In this document: piece after piece, positions 18,115-27,064 of the stretch
Layout of the letters: each line of letters starts with the position of its first letter
Position numbering within the stretch: position 1 is the stretch's first letter
From: Polyangiaceae bacterium
GTDB lineage: Bacteria; Myxococcota_A; Polyangia; Polyangiales; Polyangiaceae
Assembly: GCA_044376115.1 (NCBI GenBank)
Contig: JBILLK010000031.1
Span: 1-64,000, forward strand
Reading direction: 5' to 3'
Length of the DNA: 64,000 bases
The notes under the pieces: model-generated
Told to the model about the DNA's origin: nothing
The model's input: only the letters and a program-made list of their open reading frames with translations
Database searches by the model: none
Translations under genes and position numbers: made by a program

Positions 18115-18633
18115 TTGAGCACCATCCCTGACCACATCCTTGAGCGGGTCGAAAAAGAGAACGCCCAAGGAATCACGTCGGCGCTCATCCTTTCACTGTT
18201 TGAGGAGCATGGACTGAAGTTTTCGGAAGCCACGTTGCGCAAGTATGTGCAGCTGGGCCTCCTACCCCGAAGCGTACGAGTCGGTCGCAAAGGTAAACAT
18301 ACGGGCTCGCAAGGGCTCTACCCAGCCACCATCGTTCGCCAGGTTCTCGCAATCAAAGACTTGATGGCTCAGAACCTGACCATCGAAGAGATTCAGCAAG
18401 AAGTACTGTTTGTTCGTGGAGATATTGAAGAACTCGAGCGCCGCCTGAGCAAGATCTTTAAGACACTGAAGGAAGCCGTGCGAAGACAGAACAGTGAACC
18501 TGCCAAGCGCGTCATCCAATCAGAGCTCGGAGCTGCCGAGCAGCTCGCGAAAGATCTAGTGCAACGGATGGGTGAGCTCGAAGACCGCATCACCGCTCAA
18601 ACCCGCCTCGCGCGGCGTGCGACCGGAACCTAG
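18115..18633 (+). CDS. MerR-like HTH DNA-binding protein with C-terminal coiled coil
   Basis: 'SEATLRKYVQLGLLPR...GLYP' wHTH. TTG start after GGAGGA. Confidence 0.8.
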   Translation: MSTIPDHILERVEKENAQGITSALILSLFEEHGLKFSEATLRKYVQLGLLPRSVRVGRKGKHTGSQGLYPATIVRQVLAIKDLMAQNLTIEEIQQEVLFVRGDIEELERRLSKIFKTLKEAVRRQNSEPAKRVIQSELGAAEQLAKDLVQRMGELEDRITAQTRLARRATGT

Positions 18634-18675
18634 TCCCTCCGAGAGGCTCTCACGAGCCACCGCAGGGAAGACCAA

Positions 18676-18739
18676 TAAGTGACTTAAGAGCCTTCGCATC
18701 GGGTTTATCGAGGCGGAGGGGAATGAGGTTTTAAACCTC
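18676..18739. promoter_or_regulatory. Two AT-rich palindromes, candidate operator sites
   Basis: TAAGT-G-ACTTA (18676-18686) and GAGGTTT-T-AAACCTC (18725-18739) in the intergenic region. Confidence 0.4.
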
Positions 18740-18896
18740 TTCTGGGTGTTTTTCGTGGGCTCGGTTCGAGTCCAGTGGGCCGCGCAATGCGGCAGATTCG
18801 ATGACACGTGTGGGCGCGGTCGGCGGACGGGTTTCGGCCGGCAGCGTCCTCATGCGCCAAGAAACGTCCAATCGGCTTGTTTTTCGGAGGCAGCGC

Positions 18897-19643
18897 ATGA
18901 GCATGGATACGGAGTTCGACGCAGGCGACGTTCACGAGACCAACAGCGATGCGTCCATCGGTGGTGACAGCATGGTTACCGAGGTGGAGGGTGCACTCGC
19001 ACGAGCGCCTCGAGCCACAGCCGATGAGGGCATCACTCGTGAGCAACGCCGTTCGCGTCGCAAGCGCGAAGTGCGTGCACGCACCATCAGCGTGAAACGC
19101 ATGACGAAGCGTGAACTCGAGATCGGGCGCATGCTCTATCCCGAGAACGACTATGAGCGCCCGGTGACGCGCACGGAGTGCCAAGACGCACCTCGCCCGT
19201 GTCCCTTCGTCTCATGCAAGCACCACCTGTTCCTCGATGTGTCGGCTCGCACCGGCGCGATCAAGTTGAACTTCCCCGACCTCGAGGTTTGGGAGATGAA
19301 CGAGAGCTGCGCGCTCGACGTAGCTGATCGTGGCGGTACCACGCTCGAAGACGTGGGCGCGATCATGAACCTCACTCGTGAACGCATTCGGCAAGTGGAG
19401 GTCAAGGCGCTGGCCAAGCTCCAGGCGCTGCGCGACATGGAAGCCCTGCGCGACTACGTGGACGAAGGTCCCGTGGGCAAGCGTCGCCTTCCGGTGATTC
19501 AAGCTGCTGACGAAGCAGAAGACGAAGAAGACGACACCGAGTCGGTCGAGGAAGCTCGCGCCGAAGCGGAGGCCCGTGCGCGCGCTGCAGCGAGCCTGCG
19601 TCCGCTGCTCGAAGAGACCGTCGAGTTCGACGGCTCGACCTGA
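18897..19643 (+). CDS. Cys/His-motif protein with a sigma-70 region-4-type HTH
   Basis: C-x6-C-x4-C-x-HH...C followed by '[24 protein letters not shown]'. GGAGG RBS. No sigma region 2. Confidence 0.85.
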   Translation: MSMDTEFDAGDVHETNSDASIGGDSMVTEVEGALARAPRATADEGITREQRRSRRKREVRARTISVKRMTKRELEIGRMLYPENDYERPVTRTECQDAPRPCPFVSCKHHLFLDVSARTGAIKLNFPDLEVWEMNESCALDVADRGGTTLEDVGAIMNLTRERIRQVEVKALAKLQALRDMEALRDYVDEGPVGKRRLPVIQAADEAEDEEDDTESVEEARAEAEARARAAASLRPLLEETVEFDGST

Positions 19644-19723
19644 GCGCAACGTTCACTTCGGATCGCTTGATTGATGGCCCGACGTTCGGGCCATTCGGCT
19701 TTTGTGCGTGCGCGTGAGCGCGC

Positions 19724-19765
19724 CAGCGTTGCCGGCAACTAGCGTTCGCCGGCAACCAGCGTTCG
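19724..19765. repeat. Short ~17-bp direct repeat between convergent genes
   Basis: cagcgtt-gccggcaac / tagcgttcgccggcaac / cagcgttcg, including the palindrome GTTGCCGGCAAC. Confidence 0.55.
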
Positions 19766-19774
19766 CGCGTCCGC

Positions 19775-20605
19775 TCAGATCGTCGTTGGGTTGACGCGGC
19801 CGTTGGTGCGCGGCGGCGGCGGCGTGTAGCGCGGCTTGGGCTGAAACGGCGGGCGTGCTGGCGTAGCCGCGGAAGGCGGAGCGACGGCGGAGGCTGCGCT
19901 GGGTGCCGCCGTCTCGACGCTGGGGGCGGGCGTCGCTGAAGTCTGCGCAGTCGCCGTTGGAATCGCTGTCGGTGCGGCCGTGGCAGCCGCTTGCGGCTCT
20001 GCGGTCGGCGCGGGCGAAGATAACCCCGGGAGCTCGATCGTGTCGGTGAAAACGAGAATGGCGCCCACGACACCGACGACCGCGAGCAGCAGTGCGACGC
20101 CTCCGAGCACCAGCTTCCACGAGGTCGAGCCGGCGTCTTCTTTGGGCCGTGCGACCGCGCGTGCCGACGGTCGAGCTTCAGCGTCGGCGTCACCGAAGGA
20201 GACGTCAATGCCGTCATCGACCAGCGACGCAGGCGCGATGCCGCGTGTCGGGAGCATGCCCTGCGCGGCTAGCGTGCCGCGCTCGATGCGAACCGTCGGG
20301 GCTCTTCGTCGTGCGCGCTCCGCGTCCAATTTGGGCTCAGCCTCCGCTGCGTCGCCTTCAGCCGCAGGCTTCACGTTGATGACGATCTTGTTGTCCGCCG
20401 GGGCCGCCTCCGGGACCGTCTGCGTCGGGATGAGTCGCGGCGCGAGGTACTTGCGTAGCGGACCGTCTTCATCTTCGAGCGGCGGTTCGACCCGCATCTC
20501 GATCGTCTTTTGGGGCGCGCGAGGCACGGCCATCAGTTCTGTCGGTTCTTCACCGTCAAAACTCGAGGGGCCCCTCTCGGGCTTTGTTACGCCGGAGCTC
20601 GGCAT
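19775..20605 (-). CDS. Hypothetical single-TM protein with a Pro/Ala/Thr-rich C-terminus
   Basis: TM 'LVLGGVALLLAVVGVVGAILVF' and low-complexity tail. Confidence 0.75.
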   Translation of the reverse strand: MPSSGVTKPERGPSSFDGEEPTELMAVPRAPQKTIEMRVEPPLEDEDGPLRKYLAPRLIPTQTVPEAAPADNKIVINVKPAAEGDAAEAEPKLDAERARRRAPTVRIERGTLAAQGMLPTRGIAPASLVDDGIDVSFGDADAEARPSARAVARPKEDAGSTSWKLVLGGVALLLAVVGVVGAILVFTDTIELPGLSSPAPTAEPQAAATAAPTAIPTATAQTSATPAPSVETAAPSAASAVAPPSAATPARPPFQPKPRYTPPPPRTNGRVNPTTI

Positions 20606-20714
20606 GCCGCCAAGCAGACTACACGCTTGGTTCGTTGCTCAAAAGAATCTCGATAGTCCGGGCACGAATGCCGGCGGAACCAACGTTCGGCTTCGCTGCC
20701 TCGGAACGCCGGAG

Positions 20715-21233
20715 TCAGTCGGAGCGGGGGCCCAGCGGCAGCCCAGCCGGGTCCGCCACGCTGATGGGCGGCTTGCCGGCGATCAAGATGTCCCAGAAGC
20801 CAAACGTCCGTGCGATCGCGTGATCGAGCTGCCACGTGCCGCTGTGGACCGCGTCTGAGGAGCGCGAACGGACCAGCGGTTTGAGCGTTTCATCCGGCAT
20901 GCAATACGCGCCGAAAGGCGAACTCTTCAGCAGGTGCAACACGCCGTCGGAGAAGCCAGCTCCTGCGTAAACGAGGATGGCCGGCATCTTCAGCGCGTCG
21001 AGATCCGCCAGGGCGTAGGGGATCTTCTCGTCGACCGTGCCCGAGCTGTCTTGGTACTTGCACTCGAGCGCGAGGCCGCGCCCCGTGGTGTCCAGCGCGA
21101 GCAAGTCTACTCGGCGCGGTTTGCCGATGATGCTCGTGCCGATCGTCAGCTCGTCATAAAGCGAAATCCCGCGCGGCCCGTACACCGAGACGATGTAGCG
21201 GGCGACCAACCACTTGTACTCGTGGCCTTTCAC
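20715..21233 (-). CDS. PD-(D/E)xK nuclease-superfamily protein
   Basis: 'RRVDLL...LALECKYQDSSGTVDEKIPY'. GTGA overlap with the upstream MTase stop. Confidence 0.8.
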   Translation of the reverse strand: MKGHEYKWLVARYIVSVYGPRGISLYDELTIGTSIIGKPRRVDLLALDTTGRGLALECKYQDSSGTVDEKIPYALADLDALKMPAILVYAGAGFSDGVLHLLKSSPFGAYCMPDETLKPLVRSRSSDAVHSGTWQLDHAIARTFGFWDILIAGKPPISVADPAGLPLGPRSD

Positions 21234-22060
21234 AGCCCCTCGCCATGCGCTAGATCGAGCCGTTCTTGCGTGATCTTGACGGCATCTTCACAAACGTCGC
21301 AGCCCCAAAAGCGCCGTTTTTCCTCGACGGCTGCGACCCCAACCGAGCCAGAGCCGCAGAACGGATCCACCACCAGCTCCGAGGGCTGCGAGCTCTGCTT
21401 CACCAACACGCGCGAGATGTCTTTGGGCTTCTCACTCGGATAGCCGCCGCGGATGCGCGGCGCCTCGAGGATGTCCGGCACGCTTAGGTCATTGAGCTTT
21501 CGCTTCCCCTTCTCGAAGAAGAGGATGAGCTCGTAGCGCGCGCGATAGTGGTAGCCCATGCCGATCATCTTCTTGTCCCAGATAAGCGGCTTCCAGAACT
21601 TGAAGCCGCAGGCGATGGCCTTGTCCCGCACCACGAACATCGTTTCTTGGTCGCAGAACATGTAGAGGTGCGTGTTCTTCTTCATCACGCGGTAGGCCTC
21701 GCGGAAGAACTCGTCGAAGCGCTCGTTCGGGAAGATCGAGAACCAGTCGTTGCTGGAGGACTTGGAGTGTTTGAGCCGAGTCGTCGTGCCGATCGACCGG
21801 TACTTCTCGAGCGACTCATAGGCTGGGTCTGTGATGAGCAGATCCACCGAGTTGCTTCGTAGCCGGCGCAGATACTCAACGGCGTCACTGCGCTCCACCA
21901 AGTGGCTGCGCAGCGACTCGCTCAGGGCTTCGCTCGACTCGAGCGAGGGCAGGGGAAGGGTGGCTTGCTGGTCCATGGGCTTCGTCGTCGGGAGCTGCTC
22001 TTTGGAGTGACGGCGCGCGGTTGAGCGGGCCACCTCGCTCGGCCTGGTGGGGCGTCGCAT
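21230..22060 (-). CDS. N4-cytosine/N6-adenine DNA methyltransferase, beta class (alternative start 21976)
   Basis: 'SVDLLITDPAY' (motif IV variant) precedes 'PSEKP...VVDPFCGSGS' (motif I). Confidence 0.9.
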   Translation of the reverse strand: MRRPTRPSEVARSTARRHSKEQLPTTKPMDQQATLPLPSLESSEALSESLRSHLVERSDAVEYLRRLRSNSVDLLITDPAYESLEKYRSIGTTTRLKHSKSSSNDWFSIFPNERFDEFFREAYRVMKKNTHLYMFCDQETMFVVRDKAIACGFKFWKPLIWDKKMIGMGYHYRARYELILFFEKGKRKLNDLSVPDILEAPRIRGGYPSEKPKDISRVLVKQSSQPSELVVDPFCGSGSVGVAAVEEKRRFWGCDVCEDAVKITQERLDLAHGEGL

Positions 22061-22216
22061 GTGCAGGATCTAGCAGAGCCACGCCGCAGCGGTAAAAGGA
22101 CTTCGGCGCGAGATAGGACAGATAATGTCCAGTTCGCGCTCGCCCTCGGCGTTGCCTCCGCTCGCTTCGCTAGCATTTTTTTCGCGTCGCCCTCGCGCCC
22201 AGCCTAGAGTGGCAGC

Positions 22217-22774
22217 GTGGCAAAGTTCGATGCGAGGCGCACCCAGGTCGCGCAAAATGCTGTCGACTTCAGCCGGAACTTCGAGGGCGCGTTTAGTCAG
22301 GTTCGCGTCCTTGGCGGAGTTCTCCGGCGGGCGAAGGTCGTAGCGCCGGAGGGCATGAGCACCGGTGGGGGCAAACAGGCGCGGCAGCCCCTCACGCTGG
22401 TGCCGGACCAGGGTGAAGGTCCTGCGATCTCGGTCGGCTGGATCGAACTGCCGACGCAGCGCGCGGGGATCAAGACCTTCCGCAGCCTCGCTTCGGCCCA
22501 CCAGGCGCGCTACCGCGGCCGCCCGCTCGACATCGACGAGGCCTCCTATCAGACCTTCGTCGGTTGGGTGGTGAACCACCTGGCCGGCTACGGCGTCAAC
22601 GTGACGCTCGAAGACGATCTGACGCCATCGATCCCGCCGCCGCGCGCGCCCGCCGCACCGGTTCAAGAGCGTGAGTCCGACGTCATGTCCTACGCGGCGG
22701 TCGCGCTGTTGGCGTTCCTGTTTGGCGCTTCGGTCGGCGGGCTCGCCGTTTACGCCAAGTTCGTCGGCTTCTGA
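22217..22774 (+). CDS. Hypothetical protein with a C-terminal TM helix
   Basis: 185 aa, typical codon usage, C-terminal hydrophobic segment. Confidence 0.7.
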   Translation: MAKFDARRTQVAQNAVDFSRNFEGAFSQVRVLGGVLRRAKVVAPEGMSTGGGKQARQPLTLVPDQGEGPAISVGWIELPTQRAGIKTFRSLASAHQARYRGRPLDIDEASYQTFVGWVVNHLAGYGVNVTLEDDLTPSIPPPRAPAAPVQERESDVMSYAAVALLAFLFGASVGGLAVYAKFVGF

Positions 22775-22839
22775 CCACCGCTTGACGGCGTGCCAACCTC
22801 ACTGCGCGCACACTTCGCGCCGCAGCGCCGCCCGCTCCG

Positions 22840-23760
22840 TTACTTCGCCCGCGCTTTGCGGCGACGACGAGCCTCGGCCTCTTCCGCTTCTTCCTTCGCC
22901 TTCTGCAGCTCCTGCTTCTCCTTCTCGAGCTTCTCTTCACGCTCTTTCGCGATGTCCGCTTCCAGCGCTTCTTTGCGTTGGAACACGTACACCAAGCCGA
23001 TCGACACGAAGTAGAGGAGCACCGCCGGGATGGCCATCACCAGCTGACTCGCCCAATCGGGAGGAGTGAGGATGGCGGCTACGAAGAAGGCGATGAAGAC
23101 GTAGTAGCGGAACCAGCGGATCAACTTCTTGTGCGTGACCGCGCCTGCGAGCGCCAAGAAGCTGAACAGGATCGGCACTTGGAAGATGATCCCGAAGCCG
23201 AGGAACATCTTGGTCACGAAGGAGATGTAGTCCTCCATCATGACCGTAGGCGTGATCGTGATGGTCTGATCGACCGGCCCCGAGAGGCTCAGGAAGTAGC
23301 CGAAGGTGATGGGAAAGGCGGCCAAATAGCCGAAGTAACCGCCGCCAACGAAGAGCGCGGTGGAAGTAAAAACGAAGGGGAAGACGTAACGCTTCTCCTT
23401 GGCGTAGAGCCCTGGCGCGATGAAGGCCCACAGTTGGTAGAACACCACCGGAAGCGCGATCACCAAGCCGCCAATCAAGGACAAGGTGAAGTAGGCGAGG
23501 AAGGCGTCTCCGGGCGAAGCGAAGTGGAGCGAAGGGTCTCCTGGGACACCCTCGGCGCGCCACGAATCGGAGAAGGGCTTCACGATCGTCGAGAGGATGA
23601 GCTCCTTGTAGTTCCAGGCTACGCCGCAGCCCAACGCCAGCGCGATGAGCGAGCGAACCATGCGCTTGCGCAGCTCATCGAGGTGCTCCCAAAACGACAT
23701 CGGCTTGTCGTCTTCGGGGCCTTCCTCCGTGTCTTCGACTTCTTCTTCCTTCTTGCTCAT
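22840..23760 (-). CDS. tatC: Twin-arginine translocase subunit TatC
   Basis: MSFWEHLDELRKR, YQLWAFIAPGLYAKEK, FQVP, AAILTPPD. Confidence 0.97.
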   Translation of the reverse strand: MSKKEEEVEDTEEGPEDDKPMSFWEHLDELRKRMVRSLIALALGCGVAWNYKELILSTIVKPFSDSWRAEGVPGDPSLHFASPGDAFLAYFTLSLIGGLVIALPVVFYQLWAFIAPGLYAKEKRYVFPFVFTSTALFVGGGYFGYLAAFPITFGYFLSLSGPVDQTITITPTVMMEDYISFVTKMFLGFGIIFQVPILFSFLALAGAVTHKKLIRWFRYYVFIAFFVAAILTPPDWASQLVMAIPAVLLYFVSIGLVYVFQRKEALEADIAKEREEKLEKEKQELQKAKEEAEEAEARRRRKARAK

Positions 23761-24572
23761 GCGGTGGTCTCACCCGCCAGCGCGGTTGATGGCGCGTCGG
23801 CGATCGCAGCGTTGGCCGTCTGCACGGTGGCGAGCGCTGCGGCCTCGCTGGAGCTCGCCTGAAGCTCGCCCTGCTCTTCTTCGTCGTCCGCTAGATCGTC
23901 GGGCAACGCGTCGTAGTGATCCGGGCCGAAGTGCGGGAACTCGCGATGCCGCACCGATTGATACGGCGTGCGCGGAGGATCCGGGAGCACCAGCAGCGGG
24001 CGGGTGCGCAACGACGGAATCGACCCGCGCGGAATAGCGCCTTGCGCCGGCTTGTAAAGCCCACTCGGGATGGCGGGCGCTGCTGCCGCTGCTGCCGGTG
24101 CGGCGCCCTCGGCTTTGTCGCTCGCTGCCGGCTCGGTCCCAGGCTCTGAGGTTGTGGCTGAAGTGGACGTTGCTGCGGCTGCGGCCGCCTCATTGGCTGA
24201 CTGGGTCAGGGCAGCCACCGCCGCCGTTTTTGCGCTGAGCGTCTCGAGCGCAGCCGGGCTTGCTGCAGCTACGCGGGCTGGCGCCTTCACCGGCGCGTTG
24301 GCTGCGTCCGCCGCTTTGACCAACGAGTCGAGCAGCGCCTGCTTCGACAGCGAGTCCTTGAGCGCACGCAGCTCGCGGATCTCCTTCTCCAGCCCCTCTT
24401 CGCGGATGATGCGGTCAATCCCGCTTTGACTGCGCAGGTCACTGCTCATCCGGCGCATCTTCGAGACCCATTGGCCGGCCGTGCGCATCATGGTCGGAAG
24501 CTTCTTCGGCCCAACGACCACGATCCCCACGATGAGGAGGGTGATCATCTCGGCGGCACTCATTCCGAACAC
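23757..24572 (-). CDS. tatB: Twin-arginine translocase subunit TatB
   Basis: MFGMSAAEMITLLIVGIVVVGPKKLP, long C-tail, directly upstream of tatC. Confidence 0.9.
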   Translation of the reverse strand: MFGMSAAEMITLLIVGIVVVGPKKLPTMMRTAGQWVSKMRRMSSDLRSQSGIDRIIREEGLEKEIRELRALKDSLSKQALLDSLVKAADAANAPVKAPARVAAASPAALETLSAKTAAVAALTQSANEAAAAAATSTSATTSEPGTEPAASDKAEGAAPAAAAAAPAIPSGLYKPAQGAIPRGSIPSLRTRPLLVLPDPPRTPYQSVRHREFPHFGPDHYDALPDDLADDEEEQGELQASSSEAAALATVQTANAAIADAPSTALAGETTA

Positions 24573-24614
24573 GAGACAGACCCTAGCCTTTCCGCTCTCG
24601 ATTATCCAGCCGTG

Positions 24615-25721
24615 CTAGCTTGAGGCGCTCGGGGCCAGCCGGGTCCGGCGCTTCTCGGATATCTGCACCAATTGGCCGCAGGCGGCGCCGATATCACCGC
24701 CTCCGCTGTAGCGCACGATGCTGCCAAAGCCGCCCGCCAGCAGCTCCCCCCGGAAGCGCTCGAGCACGCTGCTGTCGGACCGCTCGAAGGGCAGCTCCCG
24801 GCCGTCATTACCCGCCACCGGGTTGTACGGAATCAGGCTGATTCGCGGGCGAATGCCAAATTCTTGGACGAACGCCGCGGCCCGCTCGGCCAGCGCCTTC
24901 GCGGCCTCTTGGCTGTCGTTCACCCCGGCCAGCAGCGTGTACGCAAACATCGGCGCGTAGCCCGAGCCTCGCGCATGCTCGCCGACCGCGCGCAGGACGT
25001 CGGTTAGCCGGTAGGTCTCATCGATCGGCATGATCGCCTGGCGTTTGCCCTCGCGAGCGTCGCCGATCGAGACGCCCAGCCGCACGTTGGGGAGGGCCTC
25101 GGCCACGGCGCGGATGCCGGGGATCAAGCCCGAGGTGCAGACCGTGATGTTGCGTTGGTCGATGGCCAGCCCAGCAGGCTCGGAAAGGATGCGAATCGCC
25201 GCGATCACGCGGGCGGCGTTGGCCAGCGGCTCGCCCATACCTTGAAAGACCACACCGTGAACCCGCGCTTGCGGCGCCGTCAGGCCTTGAGAAACCGCCT
25301 GAACCTGAGCCACGATCTCCCAAACCTCCAAGTTGCGTGTCAGCCCCATGGTGCCGGTGGCGCAAAAGCGACAGGCGATGGCGCAGCCCACCTGGGAGCT
25401 GACACAAACCGAATACCGCCCGGCCTTCTCCAGCGGGATGCGCACGGTCTCGAACGGCTTGTCGTCAGGCCCGGCGAAGGCGTACTTGATGAACGGATCG
25501 AGCGCGCTCGCGGCCTGCTCAACCAGCCGCAGTTCACGCTGAACCCCCAGCGCCTTGACCCGATCGAGCGAGACGCGGCGGATCGTCGAGGGCGAAATCT
25601 CCGGCAGGATCTGGCCCTTCTGAATGCGCGAGAACAGCCGCCGAGCGCAGCTCAAGGGGATGTCGGCCGCTTCAGCAAGCTCTTCAGGAAGTAGACCGGA
25701 AAGGACGACGTCGGATTTCAT
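24615..25721 (-). CDS. RlmN/Cfr-family class A radical SAM RNA methyltransferase
   Basis: CVSSQVGCAIACRFCATG, FQGMGEP, LIPYN, DIGAACGQL. Confidence 0.9.
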   Translation of the reverse strand: MKSDVVLSGLLPEELAEAADIPLSCARRLFSRIQKGQILPEISPSTIRRVSLDRVKALGVQRELRLVEQAASALDPFIKYAFAGPDDKPFETVRIPLEKAGRYSVCVSSQVGCAIACRFCATGTMGLTRNLEVWEIVAQVQAVSQGLTAPQARVHGVVFQGMGEPLANAARVIAAIRILSEPAGLAIDQRNITVCTSGLIPGIRAVAEALPNVRLGVSIGDAREGKRQAIMPIDETYRLTDVLRAVGEHARGSGYAPMFAYTLLAGVNDSQEAAKALAERAAAFVQEFGIRPRISLIPYNPVAGNDGRELPFERSDSSVLERFRGELLAGGFGSIVRYSGGGDIGAACGQLVQISEKRRTRLAPSASS

Positions 25722-25780
25722 TGGCACACGCTGCACAACACTGGAGCAAGCAGACTCGGCGCAAACTAACATGCCGGGCG

Positions 25781-27064
25781 ATGGGGGCGCGTGTTACTTC
25801 AATCGCGTTTTGCCAGCTCGGCCTGTGCCTGGCCCTGCTGCCGGCGGCTTCGGTAGAGGCTTCACCGCAAGACGTGATCGGCCTGGGCGTGCGGTCCTCG
25901 GCGATGGCCGGTGCGGGGCCCGCGTTCAGCGAAGGCTTCGAGGCGGTCTACACGAACCCGGCGCTGCTCAGCTACAGCAGCGACCCGATGGTATCGCTCG
26001 GTATCGTCGGGGCGACCTTTCAACTCGAGGCCAACGGTCCGCTGCCGACCGACGGCCTCGCCGCTGCGACGTTTGGCGCTGTACTGCCGATCCCGCTTCC
26101 CGAGCCGGTGGCCGACCGCGTGGTGTTGGGCTTTGGCTTCATCAGCCCGTTCGACCTCGTCGTACGCAGCCGCATTCTTTACCCAGAGACGCCGCAGTTC
26201 CTGCTCCCCGACGCGGTCGAGAGCATCGCCGCGATCGCTGGGCTCGGCGTGGACTTCGAGTACTTCCGGCTCGGCGGCGGTTTTCAGGCGTTGGCAGCGC
26301 TCGCAGGGACTGTGCTCGTCTCGGTCGACGGCTCGGGCCGCCTTTCGGCGGTGGTCCAAGACACGTTGGTGGCGACCTTCGCACCCAGCGTCGGCGCCTC
26401 GGTCGAGCTGCCCTACGGCTTGCGGCTCGGCGCCAACCTACGCGGCGCGCTCGCGGGCCGCTTCGACGTTCGAATCGATGTGAAGGACCTCGGCCAACTC
26501 ACCATCCCGCCGATTTTCGTCTCCGGCACCGCACAGTACGACCCGCTCAATCTCGAGGCCGAGATCGCGCGTGCGAGCGGCGTCATTCGTGGCGCCGTGG
26601 CCGTAGCCTATCGGCGCTGGTCCGACTACCCAGGCTTGGCCGAACCGACGGTGCGTTGCCCGCTCGATGTGCAGACCTTCGACTTGCCGACCTGCAACGC
26701 GACCCGCGCGATCGCGCCGAATTTCTCCGACACCCTGCGGGTGCGCGGCTCCTTCGAAGGGGCGCTCGGGCTGCGTCCGGGCCTCGACCTCGATTTGCGC
26801 GCCGGCTACTCCTTCGAGACCGCCGCTGCACCCGAACAGACGATCGCATCGAACCTGTTCGCCGAGGCGCGCAGCGTGTTTGGGTTCGGCGTCGGCGTCG
26901 ACGTGTTCGAGCCGATCGCGACCGGCCTCTCGCTCGGAGCGTTCGCGCAGATCGGCGTGATTCATGGGCGCGACCACGTGAAGGAGGCTGCAGCGTACGG
27001 CCCGAATCTGAGCACCGGCGGCAGCATGTTTGCGGGCGGTACCAGCTTGGGAGTTGCGTTTTGA
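25781..27064 (+). CDS. OmpP1/FadL/TodX-family outer-membrane channel
   Basis: Signal peptide, 'GVRSSAMAGA...YTNPALL' hatch motif, LRAGYSFE, terminal F. Confidence 0.8.
   Translation: MGARVTSIAFCQLGLCLALLPAASVEASPQDVIGLGVRSSAMAGAGPAFSEGFEAVYTNPALLSYSSDPMVSLGIVGATFQLEANGPLPTDGLAAATFGAVLPIPLPEPVADRVVLGFGFISPFDLVVRSRILYPETPQFLLPDAVESIAAIAGLGVDFEYFRLGGGFQALAALAGTVLVSVDGSGRLSAVVQDTLVATFAPSVGASVELPYGLRLGANLRGALAGRFDVRIDVKDLGQLTIPPIFVSGTAQYDPLNLEAEIARASGVIRGAVAVAYRRWSDYPGLAEPTVRCPLDVQTFDLPTCNATRAIAPNFSDTLRVRGSFEGALGLRPGLDLDLRAGYSFETAAAPEQTIASNLFAEARSVFGFGVGVDVFEPIATGLSLGAFAQIGVIHGRDHVKEAAAYGPNLSTGGSMFAGGTSLGVAF

Noticed and set aside
18758..18782. tRNA-like GGTTCGAGTCC T-loop
   Set aside because: The flanks do not form a 5-bp T-stem and no cloverleaf could be built.
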